Notes: a model not told the origin generated them from the letters alone. A DNA stretch of 64,000 nt from an uncultured virus (IMG/VR IMGVR_UViG_2724679134_000002) (IMGVR_UViG_2724679134_000002), one strand, 5' to 3'. Shown: positions 18,392 through 29,432, numbered from the stretch's first letter. Numbers and translations: made by a program.

Positions 18392-20133
18392 ATATGATAG
18401 ACAAATCTCTTCGAGTTCATGTTGATTTTGAGCAGTGGGGAATCAATCCAGAAGGTTTAAACCCAATTGAAACTACTAAGGGATTCAATGATGCTCTTCA
18501 GTCTGCTGCATCTAACTTTTATTCCGTAGTTGAAGTGCCAAAGGGCAATTATTTGATTGATGCAGTAAATACATCTAAACGGTTGCCTGAGTTTGGTGGC
18601 GGTATAAAGATTCCTTCTAATATAGAGTTGATTCTTCACCCAGAAGCAGTATTTAGAGTTAATCCTAATGGATACCAAGGATATTCTTGCTTCTACATTG
18701 GACAAGCAGAAAATGTGACTATACGTGGCGGGCGTATTATTGGGGATCGCTATGAGCACGATTACTCCAAAATTAACACAATACAGAAAACACATGAATG
18801 GGGATATGGTATACACGTACACGGTAGCAGAAATGTATTGATTGAGAATGTAAGTGTATCAGATTGCATTGGTGATAATATTTGGATAGCTGCTGACGGA
18901 ATGATGAACACTGACGTGACTTACACACCTTCACGAAGTGTAACTGTAAGGAAGTGCAGATTAAAACGTGGAAGAAGAAATAACCTGGCAACAAACGGTT
19001 GTGAAGGACTTCTTGTAGAGGACTGTGATATTGAAGAAGCTGGAGGTGACACTATTGGCCCTCAATTGGGAATTGACTTAGAAGGGTTCGCTGAAAAAGG
19101 CATAAAATATGATCATCCTTATGAATTAACTATTGCAGATTGCAGGTTTAAAAAAAATGGGCGTGGTTCGATTACAGCTCATACAAGTGGAAAAGTAATT
19201 ATTAAAGATAATTACTGTGACAATGTTATTTCATATGGCTTTAGTACAGATGTGAGCATTAAAGGAAACAAGATAATCAATGAAGGAGAACCAAAAGAAT
19301 ACGGGATAGACTCTATTGGTGTATCAAGCACTGAAACAGGAAATAGAGCCAAAATAACTGGGAACACTGTTCGTGGATTTAAAATAGGAATAATGGTTAG
19401 AGGCAGAGGGGTTACAGCGAAAAATAATACCATTGGGAATTCATCTAACTGTGCGATAGCCACTCATACAGCAGAAGAAGTTTTTATTGCAAAAAACAAA
19501 ATAGAAAACAGCAACTGTATACAGATTCAAGTGAGAAATTCTTCAGATGTTAAAGTTAACGGCAATACAGGAAAGGGAACAACTTCATCCTATGCTCTAA
19601 AAGTAATTGATTCTAAAGATGTGACTTTGACTGGAAATGAATTTTCAAATATTTACGGAGGACTTTACTGTGAACGATCCCAAGCAGTCAGGGTAAAGTC
19701 AAATGATTTCCTAATGAGAGGAACAGGGTACGGGATTTATTGGGATAAGAGCTCAGAAGTTTTCTTAACAAGGAATGAGATTTATGAGCCAAGAAACATT
19801 GCAATTACTGGTACTGCTGATATATACAATATAAGGATTAGTGAAAACCAAATTTATAATTGCAAAGCGTTAGTTGCAATCCATTTGCTTGGTGGATCTG
19901 ATCATATGCTTAGAGGGAATGAAATCATGTTCAACAGGGAAGCGGATCAAGGATACGGCATATATTTGGAGAGCACAAAGAAAGTACGTTTAATCAGGAA
20001 TGATGTTCAGGGGATTGGTGACAGAGTGCTTTCACATCCATATGCCACATTTAAATCTTCAAATACGACTTTAATACATAACACTTATAACAGCGGTACA
20101 CTTAGATTGGCAGTAGATGATATTGTAATCTAA
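18388..20133 (+). CDS. yorA: Right-handed beta-helix (pectin-lyase-like) protein YorA
   Basis: VPKGNYLI plus many beta-helix repeats; synteny. Confidence 0.85.
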   Translation: MNMIDKSLRVHVDFEQWGINPEGLNPIETTKGFNDALQSAASNFYSVVEVPKGNYLIDAVNTSKRLPEFGGGIKIPSNIELILHPEAVFRVNPNGYQGYSCFYIGQAENVTIRGGRIIGDRYEHDYSKINTIQKTHEWGYGIHVHGSRNVLIENVSVSDCIGDNIWIAADGMMNTDVTYTPSRSVTVRKCRLKRGRRNNLATNGCEGLLVEDCDIEEAGGDTIGPQLGIDLEGFAEKGIKYDHPYELTIADCRFKKNGRGSITAHTSGKVIIKDNYCDNVISYGFSTDVSIKGNKIINEGEPKEYGIDSIGVSSTETGNRAKITGNTVRGFKIGIMVRGRGVTAKNNTIGNSSNCAIATHTAEEVFIAKNKIENSNCIQIQVRNSSDVKVNGNTGKGTTSSYALKVIDSKDVTLTGNEFSNIYGGLYCERSQAVRVKSNDFLMRGTGYGIYWDKSSEVFLTRNEIYEPRNIAITGTADIYNIRISENQIYNCKALVAIHLLGGSDHMLRGNEIMFNREADQGYGIYLESTKKVRLIRNDVQGIGDRVLSHPYATFKSSNTTLIHNTYNSGTLRLAVDDIVI

Positions 20134-20159
20134 ATGCGCAGTAATTAAAAAATACACAA

Positions 20160-20171
20160 GAACACCTGTTC
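20160..20171. promoter_or_regulatory. LexA box upstream of yorB
   Basis: GAAC-acct-GTTC with downstream TATAAT. Confidence 0.7.
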
Positions 20172-20233
20172 TTACTCTCTGTTTTGCTATATAATTCAAG
20201 AGTACCAAAAATTACAAAACAGGGGATGAAACA

Positions 20234-20521
20234 ATGAGTGAACAAAAACTAGAGATTAGAAAGATATCCTATGAAGTTTTCGATGATTATGATCCATTTA
20301 CAGAAGAACATTTAGGAAAAGTGGTCAATGGTTCGTTTGATATGTTAGTTTCAAAGAAAAATGTAGCACAAGTAGGATCTAGACAAATTGATTTTGCAAA
20401 TGAAGTAAAGCTAGGGTACGGGGTATTTGGAAAAGACACAGAAGAGAAAATCAAAGAGCACCTTTTAGCTGCATATATGTTAATTGCCGAAGGCGCTAAG
20501 AACTACGGTCTAGAAAGCTAA
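20234..20521 (+). CDS. yorB: YorB-like protein
   Basis: Synteny; SOS box. Confidence 0.65.
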   Translation: MSEQKLEIRKISYEVFDDYDPFTEEHLGKVVNGSFDMLVSKKNVAQVGSRQIDFANEVKLGYGVFGKDTEEKIKEHLLAAYMLIAEGAKNYGLES

Positions 20522-20587
20522 GTTAAGAAAAATGCTGGGTTAGTCAAAGATTGACCCAGCAATATAGAATTTAAAGGGGATGCTTGT

Positions 20588-20971
20588 ATGCCAAATATTA
20601 TTTCTAAAGAACAGGATGGAGCAATCAAATATTTTAGAAACAAATTAAATTTATCTGATAAAGACTTATACATACCACTGATTAATTTCGATCTGCTTCG
20701 AGACAAGCACGAACAATATGCGAACATTCTTTATGAGCTATATAAAAGTGATCCATATTTGTTTATCAGGGCTTTAAAGGAAGGGTATGTGGTTAATCAG
20801 CCAATTGATTTTGATGAAGCTATTGTACGCTTCTTTAAGGGTGAAGAACTAGCTATTGTACATAAAACAACTGGCAAGAGATCCAATGTTAATGTGAAGA
20901 TGAAGCAGCTACCGGAAGGGTTTGCTTTGCAGACAATGGATATGTGGCTATGGAGTGAAATTGTAAAATAG
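20588..20971 (+). CDS. yorC: YorC-like protein
   Basis: MPNIISKEQD; synteny. Confidence 0.65.
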   Translation: MPNIISKEQDGAIKYFRNKLNLSDKDLYIPLINFDLLRDKHEQYANILYELYKSDPYLFIRALKEGYVVNQPIDFDEAIVRFFKGEELAIVHKTTGKRSNVNVKMKQLPEGFALQTMDMWLWSEIVK

Positions 20972-21041
20972 CAAACTGTTTACCTATATTAAGAAAATAT
21001 GATATTATGTAGAAGAATTTGATAATTAAGGGGATGTTTTT

Positions 21042-21356
21042 GTGGAATTTAAAGTAGGACAAGATGTATCAGAAATCTGGAATATTCATGGTTCAATTTT
21101 GCCAGAAGTTTTATTGTTTATGTTTCCAAGAGCAGATGAAACTAGCTCATGGAGTTTTATAAATGATAATGGAAGACATATTTTTGCTGACTGGAATTTA
21201 AAAGAGCCAATTCCTACAGTTGAAGAAATTGAAAAAGCAGCGATTGAGCTGGAAGAGAAGAAAAATGCACCTAAGCCGAAAACTCTTGAGGAAAGAGTTG
21301 CTGATTTAGAAAAACAGGTAGCTTACTTAACAAGTAAGGTTGAAGGCACAAACTAA
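21042..21356 (+). CDS. yorD: YorD-like protein
   Basis: WNLKEPIPTVEEI; coiled-coil tail; synteny. Confidence 0.65.
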   Translation: MEFKVGQDVSEIWNIHGSILPEVLLFMFPRADETSSWSFINDNGRHIFADWNLKEPIPTVEEIEKAAIELEEKKNAPKPKTLEERVADLEKQVAYLTSKVEGTN

Positions 21357-21458
21357 CAAAGAGTCCCTTATAAGGGGCTTTTCTTTTTAAATAAAATTAT
21401 CATTTTATAGAGAAATTTCTTAACAATAAAAAATAAGGAAATTTATTTTAAAAAACAG

Positions 21459-21487
21459 TAGACAAATGCAAAAAATAAGCATATAAT
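21459..21487 (+). promoter_or_regulatory. Sigma-A-type early promoter with conserved AAAAATAAG spacer (SPbeta repeated element)
   Basis: TAGACA-17-TATAAT; related copies at 31773, 37025, 48048, 48125. Confidence 0.75.
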
Positions 21488-21519
21488 TAAAATCAAGTTA
21501 AAGGGAAGGAGGCGACATA

Positions 21520-21888
21520 ATGGAGGTATTAGGGATTACGGAAAAGGCGCTGGAGTATTATAAGGACAATGTAAAAGGCAATAAATCAATTAACCCTGAT
21601 CAAGCTGTTCTAAAGATGACTAGGAATGTAAGACTTGTCAAAGAAACTCATCCTAAAAGAGTTAAAAAACGTTTGTTTCATACTCAATATGCCTATGGAA
21701 ATATGTTGATTAAAGTAAACAGAAAAAAGCAAGTGTTTGAGATTATCAATAAGTCGGGCAATGAAAGTTATGATCCTGATTGGAAGTTCCCTAAGAGGAG
21801 ATACATAGAACTTAATAAAGAACTTGGAATTAAAGACTGTAAGTTTACTAAGAGCACATATTCAAGAAAGCAAAATAAACAAAAATGA
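21520..21888 (+). CDS. yorE: YorE-like protein
   Basis: GGAGG RBS; first gene of the replication operon. Confidence 0.7.
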   Translation: MEVLGITEKALEYYKDNVKGNKSINPDQAVLKMTRNVRLVKETHPKRVKKRLFHTQYAYGNMLIKVNRKKQVFEIINKSGNESYDPDWKFPKRRYIELNKELGIKDCKFTKSTYSRKQNKQK

Positions 21889-21908
21889 AATTAGGGGAGA
21901 TTATATTT

Positions 21909-23252
21909 ATGGTAAAAAAGAAAAAAGATGATATAAAAATTAATAAAAACCATGGCGGTAAAGAGTTCTCAAATTCATTCAGATTTATCGGAAAAGTTAA
22001 ACCGGTTCAAAAGAAAGACGAAGCCACTGATAGTTGGAACGAAGTACCGTTTTTTGAGAATACAGTTACTCGAACTAATAAAAACAGAAGAGTCCTCCAG
22101 TTTATTGTAGAAACAGCTTATCGTAATGAGCTAAAGGTTGAATTGGCTGGAATGGAAAAGGATGATGCTTATCTCTACAGTTCAAAGCATGGAAAATCAC
22201 AAAAAATAAGCTGGGAAGATCGGAAAAACAAAGAAAAGTACCCAGATGATACGTATCATTTAATTCTTCCTGAGTGGGATTTAGCTGAACACTTATCCAA
22301 AATGCTTAATGATGGCATGTGGGTTGATGTGAGAGGTAGTTATGAATTCAGTACTTTCCAAAATAATGACGGTGAAGATATTAAGGTTGTAAAAAGAATT
22401 GTTAATCAAATTTTCCCCCTCAAAAATGGAGAAGTCGAAATCAATAACGTGAAAAATGGAGACGAGTACCGTGTATATGATTCAGAAGTTGACGGGATTC
22501 GTCTTGGTACCGGTAAAGCTAAAGAAGGAACTTTGAAAGTTATGGTGGGATGGTTGGAACCTTCAGGCGGAGAGTTGTTTATTACTAAAGTAGAGAACGG
22601 TGTTGAAGGCAAACGGTTCAAGGTAGCTTATAATGAAGCAGTTTCACAAACAGATCGCATTAAAATAGTCAACAACGTAGAGAGCTCAGTAAGAGTTAAC
22701 AAAGCAGATGGGAAATATGAATATGTTCCATATATCAGAGACTTTAAATCTGAGGATTTTAAAGAGATTAATACTTTTGAAATGCAAATTGGAATCAAAA
22801 GTACATACCAAGATGAAGAAACAAAAGATACTAAAATCAATGCAGCGTTTCTGTCTTACGGCAAAGAAAAAAGCCAAGTGGATGATGTAGAGCTGATTAC
22901 ATATTACAAAACTCCTGAAGAAGGGAAAACATGTTTTGCTGATGCATTCGCAAGTCTAAACCGACTTGATTTTCTTGTAGTAGAAGGTGTGGACAATAAT
23001 AGGGCCGAATTTGCAACTATCGAAGTGCAAGAGACCGAGACTGAAGACAATCCATTTGAAAATGTCGGTGAAAAAGTAACTTCATTCGAACAAGTCTCTA
23101 CTGGTACGAAGAAGGGATTAGAGGTTGTGAACTACATTGGAGGTACATACAAAACAGATCTTCTTACAGAAGAAGAAATCTCAAATGAATCAGAACCAAA
23201 TCAAGATCCTTTTGCAGAAGTACAAGTTACGGATGATGATTTACCGTTTTAA
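21909..23252 (+). CDS. yorF: YorF-like probable single-stranded DNA-binding protein
   Basis: Beta-rich; acidic C-terminal DDDLPF tail; replication module. Confidence 0.65.
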   Translation: MVKKKKDDIKINKNHGGKEFSNSFRFIGKVKPVQKKDEATDSWNEVPFFENTVTRTNKNRRVLQFIVETAYRNELKVELAGMEKDDAYLYSSKHGKSQKISWEDRKNKEKYPDDTYHLILPEWDLAEHLSKMLNDGMWVDVRGSYEFSTFQNNDGEDIKVVKRIVNQIFPLKNGEVEINNVKNGDEYRVYDSEVDGIRLGTGKAKEGTLKVMVGWLEPSGGELFITKVENGVEGKRFKVAYNEAVSQTDRIKIVNNVESSVRVNKADGKYEYVPYIRDFKSEDFKEINTFEMQIGIKSTYQDEETKDTKINAAFLSYGKEKSQVDDVELITYYKTPEEGKTCFADAFASLNRLDFLVVEGVDNNRAEFATIEVQETETEDNPFENVGEKVTSFEQVSTGTKKGLEVVNYIGGTYKTDLLTEEEISNESEPNQDPFAEVQVTDDDLPF

Positions 23253-23309
23253 GAATTTATGGGAACTTAACTTAAAGTAAAACAAAAATAAAATTTAAGG
23301 AGAAATAAA

Positions 23310-24452
23310 ATGGGATTCCGAAAAAAAATTAAAAATAATAAACCTAAAGTTGAACTGCAGTCAATTATGACTTTAATTGCTGGAGGTTATAAGACAGGTA
23401 AAACAAGACTTTGGAAGGAGGTTACTGAACTTCACTATCTAGATCCAGAAGAGGCTTTGTTATTGTCTTTTGAAGACGGGTATGAAACGTGGGAATTGGA
23501 TAACATCGTGCCATTACATGAAGAGGGTACTGATAAATCATTGTGGAAAGTGTGGGATTTTTTCAAAAAAAGTGTTGTTCCTGACCTTGTAGAAGAAGCT
23601 AAAACAAATAGGATTGTAAAGCTTATTGGAATTGACACAGCTGACAGAGCAATTGATGCATGTGTAGCGTGGGTTATTAATGACAGAAATAAAAAATATG
23701 GAAAAAGCTTTGATTCCTTACAAGATATTTCAGACTCAACCAAAGAGAATGGCTGGACAGCACTTTATGATGAGTTAAAAAAACCTTTCGATACGCTTAA
23801 GAATGCAGGATACGGATTGATGTCATTAGCTTGGACAAAAGAGAAAGAAACTACGCTCTATGATGGCATGAAGTATAATTCTATTCAACTTATGATGAAT
23901 AATACTGGAAGAAAAGTTTTTGAATCACAAGCAAGTTTAATTTGCTGCTTACATAGTGAGGTATCAGTATTAGATAAACAAGGAAATGAGCTTGAAGATA
24001 ATCTAAAAGATAAAAAAGGAAAAGATAGAGCGAGTAATTTCCATGAAACAAAAGTAATGATGTATTTTAGACCGTCAGAATTTGTAGACATTGCCGGTGG
24101 ACGTTATACGGAATTACCTGAAAAGGTTCCGTACAGCGCACAAAACTTTTTAGATGTTTTCGAGAATGCTGTTAAAGGACAACTGAAAAAGACAACAAAA
24201 ACTGTTTCTGAACTTAAAACTGAAGAAACTGCTGCCAGAGAAGAGCGTACTAAAGAATATACAGAAAAAGTAGAAAATGATCCTGTTCATATTATGCAAG
24301 AGATTGATGAACTGGTAAAAGATCTTGGAAGAGACGTAAAAGAAAAATTGGTAAGCTCTTTTACCGAAGCGTTTGGTATGGGAAATTACAAACAATTGAA
24401 AACGCCTGAGGATTTGAGTAAGGCACTATTAATTGTTAAGGAAGCTATATAA
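23310..24452 (+). CDS. yorG: YorG-like P-loop ATPase (possible Sak4-like recombinase)
   Basis: GGYKTGKT Walker A; IGIDT Walker B. Confidence 0.75.
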   Translation: MGFRKKIKNNKPKVELQSIMTLIAGGYKTGKTRLWKEVTELHYLDPEEALLLSFEDGYETWELDNIVPLHEEGTDKSLWKVWDFFKKSVVPDLVEEAKTNRIVKLIGIDTADRAIDACVAWVINDRNKKYGKSFDSLQDISDSTKENGWTALYDELKKPFDTLKNAGYGLMSLAWTKEKETTLYDGMKYNSIQLMMNNTGRKVFESQASLICCLHSEVSVLDKQGNELEDNLKDKKGKDRASNFHETKVMMYFRPSEFVDIAGGRYTELPEKVPYSAQNFLDVFENAVKGQLKKTTKTVSELKTEETAAREERTKEYTEKVENDPVHIMQEIDELVKDLGRDVKEKLVSSFTEAFGMGNYKQLKTPEDLSKALLIVKEAI

Positions 24453-24507
24453 GAAATATTATATAAGGGAGGAAATAAAACCCCTCCCTTATTTAGAAGG
24501 TGAGATA

Positions 24508-25116
24508 TTGAAGGAACTCAAATGCCAATATTGCGGTTTAAAGAGCGAGTTATCGAAGATGAAATGCTATTCAAAACCAACTGGGAAATACAATAAAAAC
24601 GGCAGCGAGAAAATATTGAGAAAATATGTTCATTTACAATGTGATGAATCATACCGAAAAGAAATTGCATTTAAAGAAAATGAATTAAAGGAGTTAGACA
24701 GTTTATATAGCCATTTAATTAAATTACATAATATTGATGTTCTCGATGGGCGTATGATGGAAAAAATTCATGATTTAAGAAACGGAACAGTTAAAATTAA
24801 AAACAAAAAAATCCAAAAATATAAAAAAGGTGTTCCGTTCCGAGATATTCTTTACACATATGAACTTAATGACAAACAATTGAAGAATATTTTGAGCTAC
24901 ATGGTGTTTGAGACTAAATGGAATGAATTTTCCTATTTACTTGGCACAGTGGTCAACAACTTGGCTGATGCTAAAGGAGCAACTCAGAGAGAAGAAGTAC
25001 TTAAAAAACGCACTAATGCGGTGATTAAAAATAATATTGAAACTCAAAGCTATAACTTTCAACCAAAACAAATAGCAACAAAAAAAGACGAGTTGGATAT
25101 ATCCGATTTTTTATAG
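24508..25116 (+). CDS. yorH: YorH-like replication protein with Zn-finger-like N-terminus
   Basis: AAGGTG RBS before TTG; CQYC...H..C. Confidence 0.6.
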   Translation: MKELKCQYCGLKSELSKMKCYSKPTGKYNKNGSEKILRKYVHLQCDESYRKEIAFKENELKELDSLYSHLIKLHNIDVLDGRMMEKIHDLRNGTVKIKNKKIQKYKKGVPFRDILYTYELNDKQLKNILSYMVFETKWNEFSYLLGTVVNNLADAKGATQREEVLKKRTNAVIKNNIETQSYNFQPKQIATKKDELDISDFL

Positions 25117-25125
25117 GAGGTCTTC

Positions 25126-26649
25126 ATGACAAAGTTTTTAAATGAGTTTATTGAACCCTCTCACATACATGAAGCACTTTTTGTAGGCTATTTATGGTCT
25201 AACCCTGCCTTATATCAACGTTATAGAGCGCATAAAATAACTGTTAATACATTTACAACACAGACTTGGTACTTTTATTTTACAGTCGGTCTTCAAATGT
25301 TTGAGAGTGGAATTAGGGATTTTGACGATAAGACAGCGTATGCTTTTTTAGTATCAAGGCCAAAAGAAAAAAACAAAAAAAGTTACATAGATGCTTATAA
25401 TGATTTTGGCGCATTTGAAACGATTGAAGATTTAATTAATGAGTGCAGAAATGACAGCCAAAATGAAGAATACCACTTATCAGAAATGCAAAAATACGAA
25501 AGTTTGAGAAGACTCCAGTCAGAAGCTCTAATTGATGTTACTGACCGTGCCCTTATTCAAAAATTAACTGGAATGTCTCTTAAGCAACTCCAAATGTATG
25601 TACAGTTTAAATTCAAAGAAACATTTTCTCATGTAAATGCAGGGGAAGTTATAGAACATGACCTTGTTGAGGATCTTGATTTAACAATTGAGGAACTGAA
25701 CACAGGGGAGTCAATGGGTATACCATTACATGATTCTCCAAGGCTTAGCCGTAAAATTAAAGGGTGGAAAGACGGATCGTTGTATTACTTGGTTTTAGCT
25801 TCTGGAGTTGGAAAAAGCTCCATTGCAATGGAAAAATTCATTCTGTCTTTATTCGAAAATAAAGAAAAAGCTATATTGGCCATTAATGAAGAAAGTGTTA
25901 AGAAGTGGCGCTCATTGCTTCTGGCTACAATCAGTTCCAAAATACTTCGAAAACCAATTAATAGGGAAAAAATGTACGAGGGGCACTTTGAAGTTAAAAC
26001 TTTAGACAAACTAAATGAAGCTAAAGAGTGGGCTAAGGAAAATGGAAAGGGGCTCGTTAAGACACTGGAATTAAAGAAATATAGGGTTGAAGATATCCTG
26101 AGTAGAGTTGAATTGTATCGGCCAAAAGGATTCAAAAAACTCATTATCGATACTTTTAAGCCTGATAGGTCGCAAAAAGATATGGCTAGATGGGAATCCT
26201 TTTCAAACTCTGCGCAAGAGTTACACGATCTAATTAAAGAAGATAACCAAAATGTAGGAACATTAGCAACTGTGCAGCTTAAATTAGGGAAGGAATCGCG
26301 TTATCTAGATTTAGATGCAACTGGTAAGAGTATGGAGATAAATGAAGTTGCAGCAGTCGTTATGATGGGCAGATTATTATTCGATGACGAGTTTCCTGGC
26401 GCAAAAACAGCAAATGGGAAGAATAGTCCCTATATATTACATCCCTACAATTATAAAAAAGATGGCTTGACAGGAGAGTACTACACAGAAGAGTATCGAC
26501 TTGATCCTGAAAAGAAATATCTTGTTCTGTTTTTAGCAAAAAATCGTTTTGGAAGTGAGGAAGAGCAGATAATCTTTGAGGTTAATTACGGAATCAATAC
26601 TTTCAAAGAGGTTGCTTACGTTCAAGTTCCTAGAATCGGGGTAGCTTAA
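25126..26649 (+). CDS. yorI: DnaB-like replicative helicase
   Basis: ASGVGKS, IIDT, VQL, AKNRFG. Confidence 0.9.
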   Translation: MTKFLNEFIEPSHIHEALFVGYLWSNPALYQRYRAHKITVNTFTTQTWYFYFTVGLQMFESGIRDFDDKTAYAFLVSRPKEKNKKSYIDAYNDFGAFETIEDLINECRNDSQNEEYHLSEMQKYESLRRLQSEALIDVTDRALIQKLTGMSLKQLQMYVQFKFKETFSHVNAGEVIEHDLVEDLDLTIEELNTGESMGIPLHDSPRLSRKIKGWKDGSLYYLVLASGVGKSSIAMEKFILSLFENKEKAILAINEESVKKWRSLLLATISSKILRKPINREKMYEGHFEVKTLDKLNEAKEWAKENGKGLVKTLELKKYRVEDILSRVELYRPKGFKKLIIDTFKPDRSQKDMARWESFSNSAQELHDLIKEDNQNVGTLATVQLKLGKESRYLDLDATGKSMEINEVAAVVMMGRLLFDDEFPGAKTANGKNSPYILHPYNYKKDGLTGEYYTEEYRLDPEKKYLVLFLAKNRFGSEEEQIIFEVNYGINTFKEVAYVQVPRIGVA

Positions 26650-26663
26650 GAGGGTGGCGATAG

Positions 26664-27725
26664 ATGTCCGATCTACAAAAAATACGAGAAAGAATTTATA
26701 AAGAGGAAAAGATTGATCAAGTTTTAGAAGCTCTTGGTTGTTGGGGAATTGGTACTGAACAAGGCGGTAAATTGTTTGTCGCAGGTCTACCTGATGGAGA
26801 TAACCAGCGAAGTGTTCAAATAAAAAATACGCCCTCATTAACTTCAAATATAAGGAGTAAGGGAATTACCGGTACCATATTTGATGTTGTATCATACATA
26901 CTTTATGAGGCTGATACTGAGGAAGCAAGAAAATCAAGCCTTTCTAAAAGTAAATTTTGGTTATGTAATAAACTTCAATACTTAGAGTACATAGACGACT
27001 TTTATAAACTAACTGCGGAAAAAGAAAAACCTCAACCAAATAAATGGCTGCATAAGCTACAGAAGAAACGCAAGAAAGAGGAACTGCAATCTGCTGAGAA
27101 TGAAATTTTATCTGAAAATATCCTCGAACAATACGGAGCTACGCCTTACTTAGGTTGGTACAATGAAGGATTGTCTATAAAAACACAAAAGCTTTTCGGA
27201 GTAGGGATTGACGTAAGATCTGACCGTATAACATTCCCAGTGCATAATAGGCATGGACAGTTAATTGGGATAAAAGGGCGCTATTGTGGCGACAATCCAA
27301 TAATTGAAGATAAATATAAATATATCTACATACATCCCTGTAATAAATCAATCGAGTTCTACAATTTACACAGAGCTCTTCCGCACATTAAAGAATTAAA
27401 AGAAGCTATAGTGGTTGAAGGAGGAAAAACAACATGGTATCTAACTCAATGGGGGTTTAGAAATTGTATTTCAATTGAAGGCGACAGTATGTCCGAAGAG
27501 CAATTAATCTTACTGAAGACCCTAGGGCTAGATGTGAAATTTATATTTGCCTATGATAAAGATAAAAATGCTGAATTTGTTTCAAAAGAAGCAGCACGAT
27601 TAAAGGGAAGATTAAAATATGGAGTATTTGACACTAAAGGGTTATTAAAAGAAAAAGATTCGCCAACTGATAAAGGAAAAGAAATATGGCAAAGTCTGTA
27701 CCAAAATAAATTTAAAATAAGATAA
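26664..27725 (+). CDS. yorJ: DNA primase (TOPRIM)
   Basis: RITFPVHN..G.LIGIKGR, VVEG, AYDKD. Confidence 0.85.
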   Translation: MSDLQKIRERIYKEEKIDQVLEALGCWGIGTEQGGKLFVAGLPDGDNQRSVQIKNTPSLTSNIRSKGITGTIFDVVSYILYEADTEEARKSSLSKSKFWLCNKLQYLEYIDDFYKLTAEKEKPQPNKWLHKLQKKRKKEELQSAENEILSENILEQYGATPYLGWYNEGLSIKTQKLFGVGIDVRSDRITFPVHNRHGQLIGIKGRYCGDNPIIEDKYKYIYIHPCNKSIEFYNLHRALPHIKELKEAIVVEGGKTTWYLTQWGFRNCISIEGDSMSEEQLILLKTLGLDVKFIFAYDKDKNAEFVSKEAARLKGRLKYGVFDTKGLLKEKDSPTDKGKEIWQSLYQNKFKIR

Positions 27726-27740
27726 TAGGAGGTCTGCTTA

Positions 27741-29420
27741 TTGAATTATCAATTAATTGGAGACAATACTTACACAGACCCAATACATACAGTTTTACAA
27801 AATCGGAAATTAGATAAAGATGTTTTCTATAATCTTAGCGAAAAGGTCATTATCCATCACAGTAATTTAAAAAACATATATAAAGCAGTTGACTGCGTTT
27901 TACATCATATAAAAATGCAGTCTCCAATCTTTGTCCAAGTTGATCCCGATTGTGATGGCTATATGTCTGCAGCAATTTTGATCAATTATTTAAACAAAGC
28001 TTTCCCTGAAAATAAAATTAACTGGCGAGTTCAAGAAGACAAAACCCATGGAGTGATTATCGAGACAGTTCCTAACGAATCAAAACTGGTTATAGTGCCT
28101 GATGCAGGGTCTAATGAGTATGAAGTACATAAAGAATTAAAAAGTAATGGAATTGATGTTCTAGTTATAGATCATCACGAATCTGAATTTGAATCAACAG
28201 ATGCAATAGTCGTTAACAACCAACTCTCTGATAACTATAATAACAAAATGTTATCAGGTGCAGGAATGGCATATAAATTCTGTAAAGCACTTGATGAAAG
28301 ACTAAAGGTGAATTTTGCTGACGATTACTTAGATTTGGTGGCTATTGGTAATATAGGCGATATGATGGATCTCCGATCGCCAGAAACACGTTTCTATGTT
28401 AAAGAAGGATTAAAGAAAATTAGAAATCCTTTGATAAAAGAAATATTAGATAAACAGAGTTATTTTTTAAAAGGGGATGTGAACATTTCTTTTGTAGCGT
28501 TCTCTATAAACCCATTAATCAATGCATCTATCAGAGTAGGGGACTTAGAAGAAAAGAAAGACCTTATGAAGGCGTTACTTGAGAGTGAAGAGAAGGTTTA
28601 CTATTCAAGGAAGAAGGTTTATGAACCTCTAATTACATCTGTAACAAGAAGGATTGGAAATACTAGAAATAGACAAAAGAATGCTTTAGAAAAGCCCGTG
28701 AAGTTATTATTGAATAAGGTCAAGAATGAAGGGAAATCCAATGATAAGGTTATTGTACTTGACTATACAGGACTATTAGATACGGCACTAAGGGGGCTAG
28801 TCGCTAACCAGCTTTCAAAAAGATTTAAACGCCCAGTTCTTTTAGGAGCTTTGACAGAAGAAGGTAAGGTCGAGGGATCTGCAAGAGGTTATGAGAAAGG
28901 TAACATTAGTGATTTTAAAGAACTTTTACATAAAACAGGGCTATTTGAATCATGTGAAGGGCATTCTAATGCTTTTGGATTCACAATTACTCCGAGTAAC
29001 TTTAAGACGCTGCATAACAGGTTAAATGATTTTATAGACGTACCTGTTAATTTTGATGATAAATTCGATGTTGATTTTATAATACCTTTCACTGAGATGA
29101 ATCCGGATATCATTGAACAAATATATGAAAATGATGATGAATGGGGCTCAACTGTTGAAGAACCGTTAATAGCAATTGAAGAAATCGAGGTCAATAAATC
29201 AAATATAAAGATATACAAAAAAAGAACATCAACATTTGTGATCAAATTGGACGGATTCAAATTATCGAAACCCTACTATAAAGGGGAGTTTGATCAATTC
29301 TTTGAAAATGGAGAAGAGTCATTTTTCATCAATGTAGTTGGGAGATGCAAAGTCCAAGACAATAAATATCGTTTTATTGAGATTGTTGATTTGGAAGTGA
29401 CAGGGAGCTTTTTATTTTAA
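27741..29420 (+). CDS. yorK: RecJ-like DHH exonuclease
   Basis: DPDCDG, DHH, GSARG, GHSNAFG. Confidence 0.9.
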   Translation: MNYQLIGDNTYTDPIHTVLQNRKLDKDVFYNLSEKVIIHHSNLKNIYKAVDCVLHHIKMQSPIFVQVDPDCDGYMSAAILINYLNKAFPENKINWRVQEDKTHGVIIETVPNESKLVIVPDAGSNEYEVHKELKSNGIDVLVIDHHESEFESTDAIVVNNQLSDNYNNKMLSGAGMAYKFCKALDERLKVNFADDYLDLVAIGNIGDMMDLRSPETRFYVKEGLKKIRNPLIKEILDKQSYFLKGDVNISFVAFSINPLINASIRVGDLEEKKDLMKALLESEEKVYYSRKKVYEPLITSVTRRIGNTRNRQKNALEKPVKLLLNKVKNEGKSNDKVIVLDYTGLLDTALRGLVANQLSKRFKRPVLLGALTEEGKVEGSARGYEKGNISDFKELLHKTGLFESCEGHSNAFGFTITPSNFKTLHNRLNDFIDVPVNFDDKFDVDFIIPFTEMNPDIIEQIYENDDEWGSTVEEPLIAIEEIEVNKSNIKIYKKRTSTFVIKLDGFKLSKPYYKGEFDQFFENGEESFFINVVGRCKVQDNKYRFIEIVDLEVTGSFLF

Positions 29421-29432
29421 AGGAGTGTTGCG

